From contig OY969413.1 of NCBI GenBank assembly GCA_963699165.1, positions 724,562 to 788,561 on the forward strand: 64,000 nt of DNA, read 5' to 3'. Numbering within the stretch: position 1 is the stretch's first letter; every line of letters starts with the position of its first letter. The notes below the pieces were generated by a model. It had not been told where the DNA came from and searched no databases. It saw only the letters and a list, made by a program, of their open reading frames with translations. The position numbers and the translations under genes are program-made. This DNA comes from Candidatus Kaiserbacteria bacterium. Its GTDB lineage: Bacteria; Patescibacteriota; Minisyncoccia; Phycocordibacterales; Phycocordibacteraceae. This document shows positions 38,023 to 47,505 of this stretch, piece by piece.

Positions 38023-39186
38023 ATGCGCTCGATACGCGATATCCGGGTCTTTGCAAATATTCCGATACTGGTGCGCGCGGCGCTCAACGTGCCGATTGAA
38101 AACGGGCGCGTTACGAACGACTACCGCCTGCAGCGCGCTGCGTCGACCATCCGCTTTCTCGCGGAACGCGGCGCGAAAGTCATTCTCATCAGCCATTTGG
38201 GAGAACTCGGCACCGAGACGCTGGCGCCGGTTGCCGAAGCGCTCGGGAACATCGTTCCGAATGTTTCTTTTTTCGGCGAGACCGTCGGTGAACGGGCGCG
38301 CGCCGCGGTGCGCGATTTGCCCGCGGGACATGTTCTCGTGCTAGAAAACCTGCGCCGCAACGCCGGTGAAAAAAATAACGATAAGGACTTCGCGCGCGAA
38401 CTTGCCGCGCTCGGCGATGCGTTTGTCGAGGATTCGTTCGATACCTGCCACCGAATGCACGCGTCGATTGTCGGCGTGCCGCAATTTTTGCCGAGTTATG
38501 CCGGTCTCCTGCTCGAAGAAGAGATTAGGCAGCTGACCCAAGCACTTGCGCCCGAGCATCCGGCGCTTGCCGTTATCGGCGGCGCCAAATTCGGCACAAA
38601 AGAAGCGGTGCTGACCTCGATGTTGAATTCGTACGACCATGTGTTTGTCGGAGGCGCGCTCGCAAACGATTTTTTGAAAGCTGCGGGGCATCCGGTGGGG
38701 CAGTCGCTCGTGTCCGACGGAGACGACGCCGAGATAAAAAAATTAATTGCAAATCCCAGAATCGTTTTGCCGGTGGATTCGTACGTTGTGCCGAAAGCCG
38801 CGCTTGACACTCCGGACGCGCACGGAAAAGCGCGCATCGTGCCGGTGCAGGACGTGCGGGACGACGAAGTGATTTGCGACCATGGACCCGGAACGGCAGC
38901 GCTGCTTTCGCATTTGGCGCACGATGCAAAGTCGGTTTTGTGGAACGGACCGCTCGGGCTCTATGAAAAAGGGTTTGTCGATACGACCGAAGAACTCGCC
39001 CGCGCAGTCGCGGATTCCGGCGCGCATTCGGTTGTCGGCGGCGGCGATACCATCGCCGCCATTGAAGACCTCGGTCTTCTACCGCGCTTCTCGTTCGTTT
39101 CAAGCGGCGGCGGCGCGATGCTCGATTTTCTCGCAAAAGGAACGCTGCCCGGCATTGAAGCGCTTGATGCTCATCCGAGTGCCTGA
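38023..39186 (+). CDS. pgk: Phosphoglycerate kinase
   Basis: LNVP, LENLR, GGAK, WNGPLG, GGGDT, SSGGGA. Confidence 0.96.
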   Translation: MRSIRDIRVFANIPILVRAALNVPIENGRVTNDYRLQRAASTIRFLAERGAKVILISHLGELGTETLAPVAEALGNIVPNVSFFGETVGERARAAVRDLPAGHVLVLENLRRNAGEKNNDKDFARELAALGDAFVEDSFDTCHRMHASIVGVPQFLPSYAGLLLEEEIRQLTQALAPEHPALAVIGGAKFGTKEAVLTSMLNSYDHVFVGGALANDFLKAAGHPVGQSLVSDGDDAEIKKLIANPRIVLPVDSYVVPKAALDTPDAHGKARIVPVQDVRDDEVICDHGPGTAALLSHLAHDAKSVLWNGPLGLYEKGFVDTTEELARAVADSGAHSVVGGGDTIAAIEDLGLLPRFSFVSSGGGAMLDFLAKGTLPGIEALDAHPSA

Positions 39187-39581
39187 CGAATTTTCTCGGC
39201 AAGTGCCGCGGCATCGGTTTTCTCCAATGGTTTTTCCGGCCAAAAAGAAAATTCGCTACGCGTGCCGCGCGGAATGATGTGGAAGTGCAGGTGCGGAACA
39301 ATCTGTCCGGCTGCCGCTCCGTGGTTTGAATTGATATGAACGCCATGCGCGCCGACCGCATCGCGAACCGCGGGTGCTAGTTTCCGAACCGCCCGCATCA
39401 CGGCCGCCAGTGTCTCCTCGTCGGCATCGAAAATATTTTCGACCGGTTTTTTCGGGACCACGAGCGCGTGCCCAATCGAAACCGGATGGATATCGAGAAA
39501 TGCAATGGTCTCGTCATCTTCATACACAATGTCGGCGGGAATCTCGCGCCGAATGATTTTCATAAACACGGTGTCTTCCAT
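39171..39581 (-). CDS. HIT family hydrolase
   Basis: GQIVPHLHFHIIPR. Confidence 0.93.
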   Translation of the reverse strand: MEDTVFMKIIRREIPADIVYEDDETIAFLDIHPVSIGHALVVPKKPVENIFDADEETLAAVMRAVRKLAPAVRDAVGAHGVHINSNHGAAAGQIVPHLHFHIIPRGTRSEFSFWPEKPLEKTDAAALAEKIRQALG

Positions 39582-39609
39582 TGCCAAAGAGTATACAATA
39601 ACCGTCACG

Positions 39610-41340
39610 ATGTTTCCGCTCCACGACCCGCTTGAAAAAAAACTTCGCGACAACCTCGCGTCGTATGACGACCTTACCGCGGCGCTGCTTGCGCGCCGCG
39701 GCATTTCTTCAAAAGCGGACGCGGAAAAGTTTTTGAGTCCTTCCTATGACAATCATCTGCACGATCCGTTTTTGATGACCGACATGAAAAAGGCGGAGCG
39801 GCGTTTTGCGGACGCGATTCTTTCGGGAGAAAAAATAGCGGTGTGGAGCGACTACGATTGCGACGGCATTCCGGGCGCCGTGCTGCTGCACGACTTTCTA
39901 AAAAAAACGGCTGCAAATTTTGAAAACTATATTCCGCACCGCCATGAGGAAGGGTATGGCATGAATATTGCGGGCATCGAAAAGCTCGCGAAGAAAAGCG
40001 GTGTGAAGCTCGTCGTCACGGTCGACTCGGGCATCACGGACGTCGAGCCGATTGCACGCGCAAACGAGCTCGGCATGGAAGTCATCGTCACCGACCATCA
40101 TTTGCCGGGAGAGACATTGCCGCCCGCGTTTGCGATTTTAAATCCGAACGCGCGCCCCGACGAGGACTATCCATTTCGAGGCCTGTGCGGTTCGGGTGTC
40201 GCGTGGAAACTCGCATGCGCAACGCTTTCAGTCGAACCGAAACTTCGCGAGCAGGTGCCGGAAGGATGGGAGAAGTGGTTGCTTGATATGGTTGGTCTCG
40301 CGACCATTGCCGACATGGTTCCGCTCCTCGATGAAAATCGCGTGCTCGCAAAATTCGGCATACTCGTCATGCGCAAATCACCGCGCATCGGACTGCAAAA
40401 ATTGTGCCGCGGCATGCGCGTCGAACAGCGCGCTATTACGGAAGACGATATCGGCTTTATGGTTGCGCCGCGCGTGAACGCCGCCAGCCGCATGGGCAAT
40501 GCGCGCGATGCGTTTCAACTCTTTGTGACGACCGATGAGGACGAGGCGGACGCGCTTGCTAAAAAACTCGAGAAAGCGAATCGCACGCGAAAAGCGGAAG
40601 CGGGCGCCATCACGCGCGCCGTGCATGCGCGGCTCAAAGACCGCGCAGAAATTCGAAGCGTGATTGCGCTCGGCGATCCCGAGTGGCGGCCCGCGCTCCT
40701 CGGTCTTGTCGCAAACACGATTGCCGACGAATACGAGCGGCCGGTGTTTTTGTGGGGACGAGAAGGAAATATGCGCCTTAAAGGTTCGGTGCGAAGCGGA
40801 GGAGCAACGCACATTATGGAACTCATGCGCGCGACGGAAAACGCATTTACCGAGTTTGGCGGGCATGCGGCCGCAGGCGGTTTCACCGTGGCCGATACCG
40901 AAGTATTTTTTCTCGAAGACCGTCTCGTCGACGCATACGAACGGGTGGCCGCAAATGCGGTTCACGACGACGACCTTTCAAAACACGCCGATGCGGCAAT
41001 CGCGCCCGAAGACATCACGGATTCTTTTTTTAAAAAAATCGATCTCTTTGCCCCGTTCGGCATGGACAATCCAAAACCGACGTTTCTATTGCACGACGTT
41101 TTTGTGCGTGAGATTTCATCGTTTGGAAAAGCGCAGGAACATTTGAAATTAAAAATTTCCGGAAACGAACCGGCGCAAACAATTGATGCGGTTACATTTT
41201 TCGTGAAAGGGCATCTCTTGCGCGCATCAAAAACGATTGCGCCGGGCAGCCGCGTGAACCTGCTTGCGCATCTCGAGCGCGACACATTTTCGCGGAGCAA
41301 TCCGGTCCGGCTGCGACTTCTCGACCTCCGCTTGGTATAG
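39610..41340 (+). CDS. recJ: Single-stranded DNA exonuclease RecJ
   Basis: DYDCDG, TDHH, ATIADMVPL, GGHAAAGG, PFGMDNPKP. Confidence 0.95.
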   Translation: MFPLHDPLEKKLRDNLASYDDLTAALLARRGISSKADAEKFLSPSYDNHLHDPFLMTDMKKAERRFADAILSGEKIAVWSDYDCDGIPGAVLLHDFLKKTAANFENYIPHRHEEGYGMNIAGIEKLAKKSGVKLVVTVDSGITDVEPIARANELGMEVIVTDHHLPGETLPPAFAILNPNARPDEDYPFRGLCGSGVAWKLACATLSVEPKLREQVPEGWEKWLLDMVGLATIADMVPLLDENRVLAKFGILVMRKSPRIGLQKLCRGMRVEQRAITEDDIGFMVAPRVNAASRMGNARDAFQLFVTTDEDEADALAKKLEKANRTRKAEAGAITRAVHARLKDRAEIRSVIALGDPEWRPALLGLVANTIADEYERPVFLWGREGNMRLKGSVRSGGATHIMELMRATENAFTEFGGHAAAGGFTVADTEVFFLEDRLVDAYERVAANAVHDDDLSKHADAAIAPEDITDSFFKKIDLFAPFGMDNPKPTFLLHDVFVREISSFGKAQEHLKLKISGNEPAQTIDAVTFFVKGHLLRASKTIAPGSRVNLLAHLERDTFSRSNPVRLRLLDLRLV

Positions 41341-41347
41341 TACCGAT

Positions 41348-41788
41348 ATGTCCGAACACACTCCGCACTTCACCATCCACGCCGACGGCGGCTCCAGAGG
41401 CAATCCGGGGCCGGCGGGTGCGGGCGCACTCGTGCGAGATGAATTCGGGAATGCGGTCGCGAGCGTCTCGCAGTATCTCGGAATTCGCACAAACAACTTT
41501 GCCGAGTACGAAGCGGTGATTCTCGCGTTTGAAGCACTCCTCGACATCGTGCCCGAAAAGAAACGCGAGGCGACGATTGTGCAGGTAAAACTCGACAGCG
41601 AACTCGTGGTGAAACAAATGCGCGGCGAATATAAAGTGAAGCATCCGGTGCTGAAGCAGCAGCAGGCGAAGCTCGCGCACGTTGCGGGTTCATTCGGCAC
41701 CGTCACGTTCTTGCATGTCCCGCGTGCGCAGAACAGCGATGCCGACGCGCTTGCAAACGAAGCGATGGACGAAGGCGAACGCATATGA
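41348..41788 (+). CDS. rnhA: Ribonuclease HI family protein
   Basis: DGGSRGNPGPAG, TNNFAEY, DSELVVKQ, NSDADALAN. Confidence 0.92.
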   Translation: MSEHTPHFTIHADGGSRGNPGPAGAGALVRDEFGNAVASVSQYLGIRTNNFAEYEAVILAFEALLDIVPEKKREATIVQVKLDSELVVKQMRGEYKVKHPVLKQQQAKLAHVAGSFGTVTFLHVPRAQNSDADALANEAMDEGERI

Positions 41789-42569
41789 ACCAAGAATCGA
41801 ATACGGTACTTTTTTACGGACCGGAGTGGTACGTCTTCTCGAATTTTTCATCTTTTGCTGTCGAATACGCCGGGGCGCTGTGGCCTACCTCCGAACATGC
41901 GTACCAAGCGGCAAAATTTACCGACGAAAAAATAATCGACCGAATTAAACGTGCGCGGTCCGCGCATGCTGCGTACAAATTGGCGCAGGAACTAAAACCC
42001 AATGCGCGCCCGAATTGGAATGAAATCAAACTTGGCGTCATGGAAGAAATCGTTCGTGCAAAATTGCGGCAGCATCCGTACATCCAAAAAAATTGCTCGA
42101 GACCGGCGACAAAACGATTATCGAGGACTCGCCGAAAGATTCGTTTTGGGGATGGGGACCGAACAAGGACGGCGAAAATCATTTGGGAAAAATCTGGATG
42201 AAGCTGCGCGCCGAATTTGTGCGCAACCAACATGCAACGGCACAAAAGAAAACGCTTAAATTTCGCGAGTCGCTTGTGCCGCTCGTGCTTGCGGGAGAAA
42301 AGTATGCGTCATGGCGATTGTTTGACGATAAGGATTTAACGGAGGGCGATACGATTGAATTGCTCAACTGGAATACCGGAGAAAAGTTTGCAGACGCTGT
42401 CCTGACTTCAGTTTGGGAAAAGAAAATGAAAGATATTAACGGCATTGATTTTGACGGGCACGAAAAATTCTCAAGCAGTGAGGAACTGTACGCGACATAT
42501 CGCGCCTACTACGGCGACTGTGTTGGGCCGGAAACCGTAGTAAAAATCATTCGGTTTCGGCTAACCTAG
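41785..42569 (+). CDS. NADAR (YbiA-like) plus ASCH fusion, split by a frameshift at about 42086-42092
   Basis: FSNF, WPTSEHAYQAAKF, KLRQHP in one frame. LLETGD..IEDSPKDSFWG..NHLGKIWM and an ASCH-like C-terminus (GEKYASWRL) in the next. Confidence 0.8.
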
Positions 42570-42696
42570 AGTGACCGTTTGCAGAGCGAAAGGAGAGGGT
42601 AATGAAATAGGCGACATCAAACGCTCAGATAAAAGCCGCGCGGCTCATTTAATCGCTGTAGACCATGCCAATGCTTTATTCTGGTAATATTTCATC

Positions 42697-43104
42697 ATGA
42701 CTACACTTCAAGTGGGCGTTAAAGCGCTGTTAAAAAATCCGGAGGGGCGGTATTTGCTGGTAAAAAGGAATTCGGAAAAATACAAAAATGCACGCGGATC
42801 ATGGGACATCGTCGGCGGACGAATCGAACCCGGCACGCCGCTTGTTGAAAACCTCAGAAGGGAAGTTCGAGAAGAAACGCAGCTCGAAATCAATTCGGAG
42901 CCGCGGCTCATTTGCGCCCAGGATATTTTGCTTCCCGAAAAACACGTTGTCCGGCTCACGTACACTGCCGACACGCAAGAGGAACCGGTGCTCGACACAT
43001 CCGAGAATATCGAATACAAATGGCTGACTCCGGATGAAATCAAAGCGCAGGACGATTTGGACATCTACGTCAAAGACATTTTTGGGATGGACATAATTAA
43101 ATAA
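42697..43104 (+). CDS. NUDIX hydrolase
   Basis: GGRIEPG..LRREVREETQL. Confidence 0.9.
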   Translation: MTTLQVGVKALLKNPEGRYLLVKRNSEKYKNARGSWDIVGGRIEPGTPLVENLRREVREETQLEINSEPRLICAQDILLPEKHVVRLTYTADTQEEPVLDTSENIEYKWLTPDEIKAQDDLDIYVKDIFGMDIIK

Positions 43105-43107
43105 TGT

Positions 43108-43884
43108 ATGGAATCATTTCCCAAACAAAACGAACACTCTGGGAAAACAGAAAAAGATCCGCGAGTTAAGTCGGGCTTGGATGACTGGGCGCGATCTCTT
43201 TTAAAACGGGGCGTAATCAATCAGGATGTCTTTGACGCATTTATCGTGCAAAACAACTCCAAGGAGCAAAACATGCAAGCGTGGCGCGTTCCGCAACTGA
43301 AGCATTACGGTTTTTTTACCTCCGAGGATGAAATCCGCGAAAAATTATCTTCGCTCAAAGGGGAAAAGTTTATCATCCGGTGCGTATCAAAAAAAGATGG
43401 CAAGGTTACACGCCTCCTGGATGTGACGTTGGAGGAGGCCTGCGAATTCGCCGAAAAATTGGAGGGTGGATTTGACGCGTGGAATGTTGAAATGAAGGAA
43501 TTTGCGAAAACGAAAGCAGCAGGAACGATTATCGTCAACGCATCGGGAAGAGCCATGATTGAGATGTGGCACGGGCCCCACTATATGAACGTGAAAGGCG
43601 CAACAGAAGTGCCTAAATACAGCGCCATACTTGATCCCGACCAATTCCATCACGGTTTCCACTGGTCCGGGCCGCAGGATTCTACTGACCTATCCGAGAT
43701 GCAGCGGTATGCGATTGATGCTCTTCGGTATCTTTTCCCTCATTTGAAACCGCGTGAAAATGATCCGGTATACGCCGAATATGGGGTACGCCCCGATGAC
43801 AGTATCTATTTTATCGAGGTCAGCAACTCTCCTTTGCTCACGGGCGAATTTTGGAAGATGTATTCGCGCCGCTCGGAAAGTTGA
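43108..43884 (+). CDS. Hypothetical protein (possibly ATP-grasp-like)
   Basis: 258-aa ORF in operon position. The C-terminal EYG..IYFIEVS is only weakly ATP-grasp-like. Confidence 0.55.
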   Translation: MESFPKQNEHSGKTEKDPRVKSGLDDWARSLLKRGVINQDVFDAFIVQNNSKEQNMQAWRVPQLKHYGFFTSEDEIREKLSSLKGEKFIIRCVSKKDGKVTRLLDVTLEEACEFAEKLEGGFDAWNVEMKEFAKTKAAGTIIVNASGRAMIEMWHGPHYMNVKGATEVPKYSAILDPDQFHHGFHWSGPQDSTDLSEMQRYAIDALRYLFPHLKPRENDPVYAEYGVRPDDSIYFIEVSNSPLLTGEFWKMYSRRSES

Positions 43885-43961
43885 GGGTATCGCGCATCTG
43901 AACAATAACGCACACCACCCGGCCATATTCGTGCGCTACCGGGGTTTGATACAATTTTCTG

Positions 43962-45461
43962 ATGGCACCACTCATCGCCATCACGGCCGGATTTGCGGGC
44001 GGAGTGTTTCTCCGCTCGCTTTTCGTTTTTAGTTGGCAACCTGCGGCTTTTGCAATTTTGGTCGCGGGACTTTTTGGAATCGGGTTGGTGTGGCGGCCGC
44101 GCCTTGCGTACTCGCTTGGCGCGGTTTTTTGCATTTGTCTTGCGCTTGGGATGATTCGCGCAACACTCGCGGACACTGCCGCGCCGCAATCGTTTTCGAG
44201 TGAGCTCCGTCATCGCGTTTCATATGAGGGCGTAGTCGTTGCCGACCCGGATGTTCGAGACGCGAACCAGCGCGTCGAAGTCCGTATTTCAAACGGAACC
44301 GCAACGACAAACATGCTGGTCGTTGCTCCGCGCTACCCAAGCGTGATGGTGGGGGACACGGTCGACGTTTCAGGCACCCTGCTTACGCCCGAACCGTTTG
44401 CAGACGATGGCGGCCGCATCTTCCGCTACGACAAATATTTACAGCGTGACGGCGTCCGTTTCATTTTGAACTTTGCGTACATGCGAGTCGCGCAAGAAGC
44501 GCCGTGGTATTCCATTCCCGCGCTCCTAGCGCGCATCAAACATTCCTTTCTCACCGGCCTCGCAAACACGCTCCCCGAACCATACGCCTCGCTTGCGGGC
44601 GGCGTCGTAATAGGAGGGAAGTCCGGTCTCGGCAACGATTTGCAAAATGCATTTACAAAAAGCGGCATGGTGCAAATCATCGTGCTTTCGGGATACAACG
44701 TGATGGTGGTCGCAGATTGGGTGATGAAACTGCTTGCGCTTACGAATATTCGCAAACGATGGAGCTCGGCGGCGGGAGCACTCGCAATTCTCGTTTTCAT
44801 CGGCATCGCGGGCGCGTCCGCAACGGCGCTTCGCGCCGCCCTCATGGCATTCATTGCGCTCTATGCGCGCGCAAGCGGTCGCACCTATGCGGCCGGTCGC
44901 GCGCTCCTTCTTGTCGTATTCCTCATGCTCGCATGGAATCCGCTCTATCTCGTTTTTGACCCCGGCTTCGGACTGTCGGTCGCGGCAACCGTGGGAATCA
45001 TTTGGCTTGCCGTTCCGATTGAGATACTGCTCTCGTTTATTAAAAATGCTTTCTGGAAAAATGCGCTTGCGACAACACTTGCCGCGCAAATCGCCGTGCT
45101 GCCGCTCCTCCTGTACGACACCGGCAACCTTTCATTCGTCGCCATACCCGCAAACCTGCTCACACTTCCCGTCGTCCCGCTTACGATGGGACTTTCGGTT
45201 CTCGCGGGAATCGCAGGGATGCTATTTAGCGCAAGCGTTCCAATTGTTGGCATCGTGCTTTCATTCCCCGCATATCTCGCAAACGCATACTTGATTTTCA
45301 TTGCACAAGAATCCGCGTCACTGCCGCTTGCGGCAGTGACGCTTCCTCCGTTTCCTTTTTGGCTCGTGCTCGTCGCCTACGCCGCGCTATTTTTCATCGC
45401 CTCATCAAAACGCTTTTCGGGAACGCTCCAATTAACGTTGGCCAAAAACGCATCAACGTAG
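43962..45461 (+). CDS. comEC: ComEC/Rec2 competence channel (membrane part)
   Basis: IIVLSGYNV, ALRAALM, NPLYL..FGLS..AT, PANLL. Confidence 0.9.
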   Translation: MAPLIAITAGFAGGVFLRSLFVFSWQPAAFAILVAGLFGIGLVWRPRLAYSLGAVFCICLALGMIRATLADTAAPQSFSSELRHRVSYEGVVVADPDVRDANQRVEVRISNGTATTNMLVVAPRYPSVMVGDTVDVSGTLLTPEPFADDGGRIFRYDKYLQRDGVRFILNFAYMRVAQEAPWYSIPALLARIKHSFLTGLANTLPEPYASLAGGVVIGGKSGLGNDLQNAFTKSGMVQIIVLSGYNVMVVADWVMKLLALTNIRKRWSSAAGALAILVFIGIAGASATALRAALMAFIALYARASGRTYAAGRALLLVVFLMLAWNPLYLVFDPGFGLSVAATVGIIWLAVPIEILLSFIKNAFWKNALATTLAAQIAVLPLLLYDTGNLSFVAIPANLLTLPVVPLTMGLSVLAGIAGMLFSASVPIVGIVLSFPAYLANAYLIFIAQESASLPLAAVTLPPFPFWLVLVAYAALFFIASSKRFSGTLQLTLAKNAST

Positions 45462-45982
45462 TTTTTCTTGTCTGCGGGTATATAGTCAACCATGTAGGCG
45501 TGCTCCCACAAATCAACCGCCAAAATAATCGGCAGACCGGCGAGCTGTCCGAGCTCGTGGTCGCCGACGAAAACCGTATGCACGGTGTTCGCCGAGGGGT
45601 CGGCATACACGACGACCCAGCCGATGCCGCGGCTGCCGGCGACTTCTTTGATGTGCGCCATGAAATTTTCTCCGCTGCCGTATTTTTCATTGACCGCAAG
45701 CGCGAGTCCGGATTTCTCATCGCCGCCTTTCTCGCCTTCGAATTGAGAAAAATAATATTCATGCATGCGCATGCCGTCGAATTCAAATGCAAAGCGGCGG
45801 CGCAATTCCGCCATCGCGTATGCATTTCCTTCGGCGTCGGTTTTTTTTAACTCGCGCAACTTTTCGTGGATAAGATTCACATGCTTCACATATCCTTCGT
45901 ACAACGCAAGATGCACTTTAATTTGTTTTTCCGAAATTCCTTCGAGCACGGGCAGGTTGAATGTTTTTACGGGGTAGGTCAT
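45377..45982 (-). CDS. Fe/Mn superoxide dismutase family protein
   Basis: HLALYEGYV, HEYYF, GIGWV, DLWEHAYMVDY. Confidence 0.9.
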   Translation of the reverse strand: MTYPVKTFNLPVLEGISEKQIKVHLALYEGYVKHVNLIHEKLRELKKTDAEGNAYAMAELRRRFAFEFDGMRMHEYYFSQFEGEKGGDEKSGLALAVNEKYGSGENFMAHIKEVAGSRGIGWVVVYADPSANTVHTVFVGDHELGQLAGLPIILAVDLWEHAYMVDYIPADKKNYVDAFLANVNWSVPEKRFDEAMKNSAA

Positions 45983-46010
45983 AGGAATAAAAGTACCATA
46001 TACTTCGTGT

Positions 46011-46583
46011 ATGCCGCGTGAATTATCCATTAGTTTCTCCATTCTTCTCTTTGCGGGTCTTATAGCCGCAAACGCATATGTGTTTCAAAAACTGCACGCG
46101 CCTGCGGCAACCGAGGTTACTGTTTTTGCGGCGGGGAAGGGAACGGCCGCACTCGTGCGCGCACCAAGCGGCGAAACGCTTCTCGTCAACGCCGGTTCCG
46201 ATGCAAGTATCTTGCGCGCGCTCGGAGCGGCGCTGCCGCCGTGGCAGAGAAATCTCGATGCCGTCATGGTGACCGACATGTCTGCAAATAACGCCGGGGG
46301 ATTGCCGGATGTGCTTCATCGCTACAAAGTCGCGGCGCTCATACGGCCGGATTTGGAGGGTTCGAAAGGTCTGGAAGCCGCGCTCGCCGCAGCGGCGAGC
46401 GCGAATACGTCCGTGCGCCGCCTAAGGGCGGCGCACGGCATTCGCATCACGCTTGCAAGCTCGACTTCAATCGACATTCTCTCGTCCGATACATTCGACA
46501 TTTCCTACGGGCAGTCCGTTCTTCATATCTCATCAAGCACGCCAAAAAGCCTGTATATACTTGATGGAAATCCGATTAAATAA
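46011..46583 (+). CDS. ComEC C-terminal metallo-beta-lactamase-like protein, degenerate
   Basis: AGKGTAALV, LLVNAG, LDAVMVTD..NNAGGL, with the HxHxDH ligands replaced. Confidence 0.7.
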   Translation: MPRELSISFSILLFAGLIAANAYVFQKLHAPAATEVTVFAAGKGTAALVRAPSGETLLVNAGSDASILRALGAALPPWQRNLDAVMVTDMSANNAGGLPDVLHRYKVAALIRPDLEGSKGLEAALAAAASANTSVRRLRAAHGIRITLASSTSIDILSSDTFDISYGQSVLHISSSTPKSLYILDGNPIK

Positions 46584-46818
46584 CCTTCGCCTTTTTGAGC
46601 GATGCAAACGCGCCGTTCTTTTTAATCGTCTTCAAACCCTTCATGGAGACATCGACAATGACCGTCTTGCCGAGTTCGGCGACATAGATGCGGCGGCGCT
46701 GGAGATTGGCCTTCCGGCGGACCTTGCCGGTAGGGTTAAATTGCGTCGCGCGGGTTCGGTTTGAATACCGTCCGCCGATTTGCGTGCTTTTGCCGGTTAT
46801 TTCACATGCTCGTGCCAT
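46576..46818 (-). CDS. rpmB: 50S ribosomal protein L28
   Basis: MARACEITGK..RRKANLQ..KGLKTI. Confidence 0.92.
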   Translation of the reverse strand: MARACEITGKSTQIGGRYSNRTRATQFNPTGKVRRKANLQRRRIYVAELGKTVIVDVSMKGLKTIKKNGAFASLKKAKVI

Positions 46819-46857
46819 AGTCGTCGCATGGTACCATACGGTACGAATCCCGCAAAC

Positions 46858-47505
46858 ATGGACATCGCTCTCACCATTTTAACCTTTATAGTGCTCATTC
46901 TTTCCGTCATTGCCCACGAGGTGGCGCACGGCTATGCGGCCAACTCGCTCGGCGACCCGACCGCGCGGCTTGCCGGCCGTCTGACACTCAATCCTATTCC
47001 GCACATCGACCCGCTCGGCTCGATTATTTTGCCCGCACTCCTTATGTTGACCAACTCGCCCATCTTTTTCGGCTGGGCGAAACCGGTCCCGTACAATCCG
47101 CATAATTTGCGCGACCAGCGATGGGGCGAAACGATTGTTGCGCTTGCGGGCGTTGCGACAAACTTTTTTTTCGCGCTTGTCTTCGGCCTTCTCGTCCGCT
47201 TCGGCGCGTCTCTCGGACTTGATGCGGCCATGCTTTCTTTTGCGTCAACCATTGCCTTTATCAACCTTTTCCTCGGGATGTTCAATTTGATTCCTTTTCC
47301 GCCGCTCGACGGTTTTACCGCGCTCCGCTCCGCGCTTCCGTGGCGTTTTTCTTCGGGCCTTTATCGTTTTGAGAACCGCATGCGAAGCACGGGCTTTGTG
47401 TCGCTCATTCTTTTTCTGTTCGTGTTTTCATACATCCTTGCGGGACCATTCTATGATTTCGTCGGCTGGATGTTTCATCTTTTAACGAACACCTACTATG
47501 CCTGA
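46858..47505 (+). CDS. Site-2 protease (M50)
   Basis: HEVAH, GDPTA, FNLIPFPPLDG. Confidence 0.93.
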   Translation: MDIALTILTFIVLILSVIAHEVAHGYAANSLGDPTARLAGRLTLNPIPHIDPLGSIILPALLMLTNSPIFFGWAKPVPYNPHNLRDQRWGETIVALAGVATNFFFALVFGLLVRFGASLGLDAAMLSFASTIAFINLFLGMFNLIPFPPLDGFTALRSALPWRFSSGLYRFENRMRSTGFVSLILFLFVFSYILAGPFYDFVGWMFHLLTNTYYA

